From positions 229,272 to 293,271 of the forward strand of contig CBDCIT010000016.1 in assembly GCA_965217615.1 (NCBI GenBank): a DNA stretch of 64,000 nucleotides, in the 5' to 3' direction. The notes under the pieces were generated by a model, which was not told the DNA's origin, did no database searches, and saw nothing but the letters and a program-made list of their open reading frames with translations. Made by a program: the position numbers and the translations under genes. Within the stretch, counting starts at the first letter, position 1; the number at the start of each line of letters is the position of its first letter. The DNA is from Alphaproteobacteria bacterium. GTDB lineage: Bacteria; Pseudomonadota; Alphaproteobacteria; UBA8366; CAVOAK01. This document shows, piece after piece, positions 57,516 through 64,000 of this stretch.

Positions 57516-58568
57516 GAGCATTTTCGGATCAATCCGGCTTGTAACCCGAGTTTGTAAAATAGTTGGCGCATTCACTGGGGGTGAAGGCATCGAGCGCTGT
57601 CGCGATGGCGGCCTCGAGTGTGTCGATGGTTCTTGCGGCGGCTTTTCGCAAGAGCGCCTTGAGCTTTGCGAAGACCTGCTCGATCGGATTGAAGTCCGGC
57701 GAGTAGGGCGGGAGGAACATCAGTGTCGCTCCGGTCCGTTCGATTGCCGCCCGGGCGTCCGCGGCCTTGTGGGCGGGGAGATTGTCCATGATCACGATGT
57801 CGCCGGGGTTCAGCGTCGGCGCGAGGAGGGTCTCGGCATAGGCGGTGAAACCCTCTCCGTTCATGGCGCCGTCGATGACCATGGGGGCGGTCAGGCCGTC
57901 GAGGCGCAGGCCCGCGACCAGCGTCGTGGTTTTCCAATGGCCATGCGGCAGCGCGGCACGGCAGCGGTTGCCGCGCGGGGCGCGCCCACGCAGGCGGGAC
58001 ATCTTTGTGGTTGCGCCAGTCTCGTCGAGGAACACCAGCCTTGTCGGATCGAGATCTGGCTGAAGGGTGAACCAAGCCTCGCGCCGGATTCTCACATCCT
58101 CGCGCTCTTGTTCGCTGGCGTGGGCAGTCTTTTTTTAAACGTCACCTCGTGGCGGCGGTAGAAAGCGTGGAGTGTGCTGATTGCAAAGCTCTCGCCCCGC
58201 TCGGCGATTAGCTTCTCGCGCAGTTCCATCAACGTGATGTCAGGTGTCTCCTCAATGGCGCGCATCAGAAGATCAGCCTGCGCCTCGATCCGGCCGGAAC
58301 GGCGGTCGCCGCCGCGCGGCTTCGGCGCCGTCCGCCCGCACCGCAAATATTCATCCATCCAGCGCACCGCGCTGGCGATGCTGACACCGAACCGCCTGGC
58401 CGCCCCGTTGCGCGACATCCCGCCTTCAATCGCGCCGATCACCCTGATGCGAAGATCTTCTGATAGATACTGAGCCATGCATGCTGACCTCCTACCCAGC
58501 ATGCAGTTTGAATCACAAAATTGACGGCCTGTGAATCCCTCGCGATTCATTCAGACACGGAAATGCTC
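57516..58568 (-). mobile_element. IS630-family element (1053 bp) with TA target duplication
   Basis: Termini GAGCATTT(C/T)CG… inverted. Flanked by TA at 57514..57515 and 58569..58570. Two overlapping transposase ORFs. Confidence 0.9.
57529..58478 (-). CDS. IS630-family transposase, expressed via -1 frameshift/slippage at an A7 run (about 58130..58136)
   Basis: Orf[41 protein letters not shown]… (HTH) ends shortly after TTTAAAAAAAG. The -1 frame continues …[39 protein letters not shown]…DNLPAHK…[12 protein letters not shown] (DDE). Confidence 0.8.
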
Positions 58569-59430
58569 TAGCTGTTGCTTTACGACCGCCACCGCGAGCA
58601 TCAGCGAGCCCATGATAAACAACACGGAATCGGTCATCAGGCTTCTTGCCACCACAGTCGAATCCAACCCCAGCAGGGTCACTTGGCCGACAATGATCAG
58701 CAGGGCTACCGTCGGCAGCGGTATCGGCTCGGTAACGAACAGGATCGTCGCAACCGTCGACATGGTAAGCACGATCATGGCTGCGCGGCTGAGACCGTCT
58801 GGTAGGGGTAGCGACAGCATGGTGGCGCCGATCGCCATGGCGATGAAGAACCAGCGTTTCTCCCAGAAATAATAAAAATTAATCTGTGAGCGAACGACCG
58901 CAACACCGAATTGGCCGCGCCGACGCAACCTTTTGGTCCAACCGACCGCAGTGTCGTGGGCCTGCAGGCTATCGAATTCCAATGACAACGTAGTCATTGC
59001 ACCGGAACCTCTCTACCGAGATTTCCCATAAATCCTCTGATTCGAAGGTGACAGTAGCCAACATTCTTGGTTACTGGAATATATTAACCTCCGCAGCTGC
59101 GTGACAGTCCGGTAATGCCATCTGACCGCGTTCGCAAGGCCATTAGGGCGGACTTTCGTCAACTGACGCACGCCGACTCCGGATCAGTACCTTGCCGTGA
59201 ATTTCCTCGTCTAACATTGGAGCAAACCATGATGCGCAATTCATCGGTTCGCTTCTAGTTAAGAACAATATCTTAATATGACGCATGGATATGTCTGCAT
59301 CCAACCCAAAGCGGACGCAGGCAGGTCTCGTGGGTTACCCTTGGATCGGCCTATTGCTTCGTCGCGACAACTGGCTTGGTCAGGTTATGCGGTTTAGTTA
59401 ACTCTAGGAGCTAGAGAAAGGGAGAATGCC

Positions 59431-60150
59431 ATGGAAGTTGCGGATCTTATGAAAGGCGAGGGTTGGAGAGCATGGTTGACGGCTGATATTCAGCTTCCGG
59501 AATTTCCGGTGGAAATTGAAAAAACAGCTCTTCTGGTTATCGACATGACCTATCAGCAGGCATCACCTGACTATGGTCTCTGTAAGAAGATCGTTGATGC
59601 CGGTGCGGGTGACGATCTGGAATACTATTTCAACCGGGTAAATGACACGGTTGTGCCCAACATTGGCAGGCTGACGGAGGTATTTCGACGCGTTAACCAG
59701 CCCATCATCTATACGATTTGCGCGTCGTTACGCGGTGACGGATCAGACCAGACATGGCGCCACAGGACAAACCTCATAAACACGGTGGACGATAAAGCGT
59801 CTGAGATATTCGAGGAAATCGCCCCGCAAAAGGGCGACATCGTGCTCGTCAAAACAGGTCAGAGCATCTTCATTTCTACAAACTGCGACCACCTTCTTCA
59901 CAATATGGGCATCACGACGTTGGTCACGACGGGAGTCGTGACGAATGGTTGCATCGAGGCCGCATTACGAAATGGCGCCGACCTCGACTACCGAATGCTT
60001 ATGGCGGAAGATTGTTGCGCAACGATAATGCCGAGCGCTCATCAGTACGTCGTCGAGCACCTTGACAACTACTGCTGCCATGTAAGATCGACCGATGAGA
60101 TCTTGGAACTTCTCGCTCATAATTGCGGATTGACCGACGGAAGCGGATAA
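59431..60150 (+). CDS. Isochorismatase-family cysteine hydrolase
   Basis: …TALLVIDMTYQ…, …VKTGQSIF…, …TLVTTGVVTNGCIEAALRNG… (catalytic D/K/C pattern). Lies in a lower-GC patch. Confidence 0.8.
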   Translation: MEVADLMKGEGWRAWLTADIQLPEFPVEIEKTALLVIDMTYQQASPDYGLCKKIVDAGAGDDLEYYFNRVNDTVVPNIGRLTEVFRRVNQPIIYTICASLRGDGSDQTWRHRTNLINTVDDKASEIFEEIAPQKGDIVLVKTGQSIFISTNCDHLLHNMGITTLVTTGVVTNGCIEAALRNGADLDYRMLMAEDCCATIMPSAHQYVVEHLDNYCCHVRSTDEILELLAHNCGLTDGSG

Positions 60151-60481
60151 TCCTCGTGAAGTGGGGAAGCCTGTTGGGAGGTGTTCCATAAGTCTGGTGA
60201 TGACTATCACCTCAAGACCGTTGATGGGCGTGCCGATTCTGTAGACGTTAAGATGTTGAAGTAACGCGCCGCCTGCCGCTCACGACATCAAACATGGCAC
60301 TGCGTCAAACTGCGGCCATGCCCACGTCTGCGGGATTCAAGATAGTGGTGTGGTTTTGCTCGCGAGTTTCGCCCATGTCTCGAGCGGGATGAGTTGCGGA
60401 TCGCATCTGAATACGGGCACCGCGCGCCGCCTGACAACCCCATTCGATTGCGCGTTCGTCCTGGCGGTCCATGTCGGAAGA

Positions 60482-61381
60482 CTAAAAGTCGCTGAGTTGC
60501 AGGTTCGTCGGCTCGGCGCAGCAATACCATGGCTCCGACATCTGTGGCACAGCCGGCCCCATGAAATCGGCACAGAGCGGTGGCGGCTTCACGTCGATCG
60601 CCAGGTGCGCAAATTCCCAAATCTGCGTGAAGATGTCGCGTCGGGATAACTCCTTCTGATCGGCCTCCGCAACAAACGCCTCGAGATCCGCTTGCAAACG
60701 ATCCACCCGTGGATCCGCGTGGCTCCACGGGTATCCCAGCCGTTCGGGATCGAAGGGCATGACGATGTCTTCGAACCCCCGCAGTTTGAAGAGGTAAGAG
60801 CCTTGCGGAATCAGTAGGCGGATGACCAACTGAATCGGATTGATGTTGTTCGACAACCCCAGCTCCACCAGGCGCTCTAACAACGCAACATAGCCGCCCA
60901 GCGTGGTCCATGGCGTGAAGGGTAGAAAGGTCGGGGCCAAGTCAATCCCCACCTCTCGCAACACGTGCACCGCCTCGCCGAAATCCGCGTTGGTGTGGTT
61001 TTTGTCCAAGAACTCGAGGATGCGGTCGTCAACCGATTCGACGGCGGACGTTACAAATATGCAGCCGGTCTCCTTGAGAATTGGCAGCAGCTCACGATGC
61101 TTTAGAAGGTGCTCGATCTTGATCGTCGCATCGTAGGTGATGTTCGAAAATTCCTCATGGATCTCTTGAACGGTTTTGATGGCATGGGTCGGGCCATTCA
61201 GGAAGTCGGGATCGCCGAACGAAAGATGCTGAGCGCCGGACGCAATCTGGTTGCGGGCATCGGCTAGGATCACCTCACGCGGAACGATTCTGAAGCGGCC
61301 CTCGTATACCGGGACGACGGGGCAATGGCGGCACACATGTTTGCAGCCGCGCGAGGCCTCGATAAAGCCGACTGTTGTTCG
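60482..61381 (-). pseudogene. CCAEP-tail radical SAM protein, 5' part severed by IS21
   Basis: The frame is open from the IS21 end: (V)GFIEASRGCKHVCRHCP (CxxxCxxC) … C-terminus …MSEPWYCCAEPTNLQLSDF. The CCAEP motif matches the CUAEP/CCAEP-tail radical SAM family name, as I recall it. Confidence 0.7.
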
Positions 61382-63926
61382 GCGTGGAATATTGACCCCC
61401 TATTGGGGGTTATCGGCGTCCAAAATTGACCCCCCTGGGTTTGTGATTTTTAACACACCTTGTTGTTTGGACAGACGAGGTGGGGGAGATGCTGGTTGTG
61501 GAGACGATTGCGCGGATCCGTCGGGATCATCTGGTGAGGGGTGTTCCGATCAAGAAGATCGCCCGGGATTTGAGGGTTTCGAAGAACACGGTGCGCAAGG
61601 TGGTTCGGGGTGATGAGACCTCGTTCAGCTACGAGCGCAAGATCCAGCCGATGCCGAAGCTTGGGCCGTGGGTGGAGGAGCTGGAGCGCCGGCTTGAGGC
61701 CAACGAGAAGAAGCCGCGCCGGGACCGCTTTTCTCTGCTGCGGATTCATGAAGACCTTGCGGCTCTGGGCTATGGCGGCGGCTACGACGCGGTGCGCCGC
61801 TACGCCAGGACCTGGCGTCGGCGGTGGCGGCTGTTGTCGCCGTCGCAGGGTTTTGTGCCGCTGAGCTTCGATCCCGGCGAGGCCTACCAGTTCGACTGGA
61901 GCCACGAGTACGCGCGCCTGTCGGGTGTGACGACCAAGGTGAAGGCAGCGCACATGCGGCTCTGCTACAGCCGCATGCAGCTGGTTCAGATCTTCCCGCG
62001 CGAGAGCCAGGAGATGGTGTTCGAGGCGCACGAACGGGCCTTCCACTTCTTCGGCGGGGTCTGCCGGCGGGGCATCTACGACAACATGAAGACGGCGGTG
62101 AGCATGGTGTTCGTGGGCAAGGAGCGCGCCTACAACCGGCGCTTTCTGGAGCTGTGCTCCCACCATCTGGTGGAGCCGGTGGCGTGCACTCCGGGTGCGG
62201 GCTGGGAGAAGGGCCAGGTCGAGAGGCAGGTGGGTTACCTCCGCGGCCGCTTGTTCGTGCCCATCCCGCGGGGCGGCTCCTACGCCGAGATCAACGAGTG
62301 GCTGATGGATCGGTGCATCGAGGACGCCAAGAAGCGGCCGCATCCGATGATCGAGGGCAAGACGGTGTGGCAGGTGTTCGAGGAGGAGCGACCCTTCCTG
62401 ATGGCCTATCGCGGCCCCTTCGACGGCTTCCACGCCACCGAGGTATCGGTCTCCAAGACCTGTCTGGTGCGCTTCGACAACAACCACTACAGCGTGGCGG
62501 CCCGCGCCGTGGGGCGGACGGTCGACGTGCGGGCCTATGCCGATCGGATTGTCATCCGCCAGGATGGCGAGACCGTTGCCGAACACCCCCGGAGCTTTGG
62601 ACGCGGTGAGATCGCCTGCAATCCATGGCACTACGTGCCGATCCTGACACGGAAGCCCGGTGCGCTGAGGAATGGCGCGCCTTTCAAGGGTTGGCAACTG
62701 CCCGGCGCGCTGGGCCGCATGCGGGCACGGCTCACCGGCCGCGACGACGGTGATCGTCAGATCGTCAAAATCCTCGCGGCGGTGCTGGAGGACGGGCTGG
62801 AGGCGGTCGAGGCGGCCTGCGCCGAAGCGCTCGCCTGCGGCGCCTGCAGCGCTGACGTTGTGCTCAACATCCTCGCCCGGCACCGCCAGCCGCCGCCGCC
62901 GCCGGCCATCCCAACGCCCGAGGGCCTGCAGCTTCGCCACCAGCCGGTGGCCGACTGCCGCCGCTACGACCGCCTGAGGGAGGCCGGTCATGGAGCGTCA
63001 TGATGTGCTGGCGATGATGACGGCGCTGAAGCTTGCAGGCATGCGCGCCGCCTACGACGACATCCTCGCCGACGGGCTCAAGCGCCGTCATCCGGTGCAA
63101 CAGATCATCGGTACGCTGCTGCAGACCGAGGTCGCCGACAAGCAGGCGCGCTCCATCAAGTACCAGATGACGTCCGCCAAGCTGCCGACGGCCAAGGAGC
63201 TGGCCGATTTCGATATCGCCGCTTCCCCGGTCAATGAGCCCCTGATCCAGGAACTCGCCGGCGGCGACTTCCTGGAGAGCAAGCGCAACATCGTGCTGGT
63301 CGGCGGCACCGGCACCGGAAAGACCCATCTCGCCGTCGCCATCGCCCGCGCCTGTATCAGAAAGGGCGCCCGTGGCCGCTGCTACAACGTCGTCGACCTG
63401 GTCAACCACCTCGAGGCCGAACTCCGCTCCGGACGCCAAGGCCGTACCGCAGACCAACTCGTCCGACGCGACTTCGTCATCCTCGACGAACTCGGCTACC
63501 TGCCCTTCGCTCAGGCCGGTGGCCAGCTGCTGTTCCACCTGATGAGCCGGCTCTACGAGCGCACCTCGATCATCGTCACCACCAACCTCGCTTTCGGCGA
63601 ATGGCCCTCCGTCTTCGGCGACCCCAAGATGACCACAGCCCTGCTCGACCGCCTGACCCACCATTGCGAGATCATCGAAACGAGAGCTGGCGCTTCAAGA
63701 ACCGCTGCTGACCCGGCACAGGCCGTGCCTGCGGCCCGCTTGCCCCGGTGGGTCAACAGGCTTGACGTATACGTCAAGCCCACGCGGCTTCCGCTCCGCG
63801 CACCGCAAGGCGCTACACGAAGCCGCTCGGGTCCCCCTATTGACTACCGGGACAACCTCCGCCGTGTCATTAAGGGGGGTCAATATTGCACGCCGATAGG
63901 GGGTCAATATTGCACGCCGATTGACA
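61382..63926 (+). mobile_element. IS21-family element (2545 bp)
   Basis: Termini TGTTGTTCGGCGTGGAATATTGACCCCC … GGGGGTCAATATTGCACGCCGATTGACA (TG…CA). Internal repeats of the GGGGGTCAATATT unit occur at both ends. Carries istA and istB. Confidence 0.85.
61480..63003 (+). CDS. istA: IS21-family transposase IstA
   Basis: 507 aa. HTH ([17 protein letters not shown]) and DDE core (…QFDWSHE…[10 protein letters not shown]…GWEKGQVE…). Confidence 0.9.
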   Translation: MGEMLVVETIARIRRDHLVRGVPIKKIARDLRVSKNTVRKVVRGDETSFSYERKIQPMPKLGPWVEELERRLEANEKKPRRDRFSLLRIHEDLAALGYGGGYDAVRRYARTWRRRWRLLSPSQGFVPLSFDPGEAYQFDWSHEYARLSGVTTKVKAAHMRLCYSRMQLVQIFPRESQEMVFEAHERAFHFFGGVCRRGIYDNMKTAVSMVFVGKERAYNRRFLELCSHHLVEPVACTPGAGWEKGQVERQVGYLRGRLFVPIPRGGSYAEINEWLMDRCIEDAKKRPHPMIEGKTVWQVFEEERPFLMAYRGPFDGFHATEVSVSKTCLVRFDNNHYSVAARAVGRTVDVRAYADRIVIRQDGETVAEHPRSFGRGEIACNPWHYVPILTRKPGALRNGAPFKGWQLPGALGRMRARLTGRDDGDRQIVKILAAVLEDGLEAVEAACAEALACGACSADVVLNILARHRQPPPPPAIPTPEGLQLRHQPVADCRRYDRLREAGHGAS

Positions 63927-63940
63927 ATCCAGGTCCTTGA
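62990..63940 (+). CDS. istB: IS21-family ATP-binding helper IstB with 3'-terminal frameshift (aberrant C-terminal extension)
   Basis: Walker [12 protein letters not shown], Walker [10 protein letters not shown]. After …[10 protein letters not shown] the canonical ending ESWRFKNRC* is encoded in the +1 frame (about 63682..63711). The tracked frame reads on for ~85 aa into the IS terminus. Confidence 0.8.
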   Translation: MERHDVLAMMTALKLAGMRAAYDDILADGLKRRHPVQQIIGTLLQTEVADKQARSIKYQMTSAKLPTAKELADFDIAASPVNEPLIQELAGGDFLESKRNIVLVGGTGTGKTHLAVAIARACIRKGARGRCYNVVDLVNHLEAELRSGRQGRTADQLVRRDFVILDELGYLPFAQAGGQLLFHLMSRLYERTSIIVTTNLAFGEWPSVFGDPKMTTALLDRLTHHCEIIETRAGASRTAADPAQAVPAARLPRWVNRLDVYVKPTRLPLRAPQGATRSRSGPPIDYRDNLRRVIKGGQYCTPIGGQYCTPIDNPGP

Positions 63941-64000
63941 GAACCACCAGCACTATCTCTCGACCCGCAAACATATCCTGGACTATCCGGGCGAAGTGGA
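63927..64000 (-). pseudogene. Probable upstream piece of the radical SAM gene (continues beyond the window)
   Basis: The minus-strand frame …[24 protein letters not shown] abuts the IS21 end at a codon boundary, in phase with VGFIEASRGC on the other side. It is too short to verify. Confidence 0.35.

Larger units (their letters stand above)
57014..58997 (-). pseudogene. DASS/SLC13-family anion permease, split by IS630 and 3'-truncated by IS256
   Basis: N-part 58571..58997 (…FIMGSLMLAVAVVKQQL) and middle part 57014..57515 (DKRIAFAIVRMTGTKTTNICFGISVV…GTPSGGVRNAIM…) join in frame across the IS630 TA site. The frame ends at the IS256 IR. Confidence 0.8.

Noticed and set aside
60301-60471. 57-codon ORF immediately downstream of the radical SAM gene, considered as a RiPP-like precursor.
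   Set aside because: It has no SD, no recognisable leader/core features, and is below the ORF-track threshold. It is mentioned in a finding but is not annotated as a feature.
1-64000. Search for CRISPR arrays, rRNA genes, integrase genes next to the two tRNAs, and toxin-antitoxin or defence operons.
   Set aside because: I saw no regularly spaced short repeats, no rRNA-like sequence, and no tyrosine/serine recombinase ORF near 3097 or 34374. I saw no recognisable defence genes apart from the IS-borne DUF4338. I could not exhaustively search for a distal direct repeat of the tRNA-Pro 3' end.

Overview
High-GC (about 60%) chromosomal window that looks alphaproteobacterial. From 1 to about 46.8 kb it is mostly core genes: lepA (5' partial), tRNA-Ser(GGA), a 1-Cys peroxiredoxin, infA, fhs, an AcuI/YhdH-like reductase, a membrane class III adenylate cyclase, ygfZ, ppdK, glyS/glyQ, an S49 peptidase, an ispB-like prenyl synthase, tRNA-Pro(CGG) and an FMN riboswitch with ribH. 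Interspersed are a four-gene overlapping glycosyltransferase/AsnB-like operon, a TPR-glycosyltransferase gene coupled to a GT-DUF924 fusion, a catabolic-looking cluster (bicupin, orphan Mo-hydroxylase large subunit, formyltransferase, DUF1116, amidase), and two tandem Rieske oxygenases. Two copies of an IS1202/ISNCY-like IS (one intact, one decayed) each carry 19-bp target duplications, and there is an IS1182-fragment/IS903-like scar. From 46.8 to 64 kb the window is IS-riddled accessory DNA. An IS66-family element with an 8-bp TSD splits a TAXI solute-receptor gene. Its transposase is translationally coupled to a DUF4338 gene. That gene is in turn split precisely, without TSD, by an 882-nt ORF-less, strongly structured insertion with group II intron-like hallmarks; this is the most unusual object here. 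Further right lie an IS256 (frameshifted tnp, no TSD, joining two truncated genes), an IS630 (TA duplication, A7 frameshift site) inside a DASS permease gene, and a lower-GC patch holding an isochorismatase-family gene and a CCAEP-tail radical SAM gene interrupted by an IS21 element. No rRNA and no CRISPR array were seen. Coordinates are anchored on the supplied ORF track. Motif positions that I counted by hand may be off by 1-2 nt.
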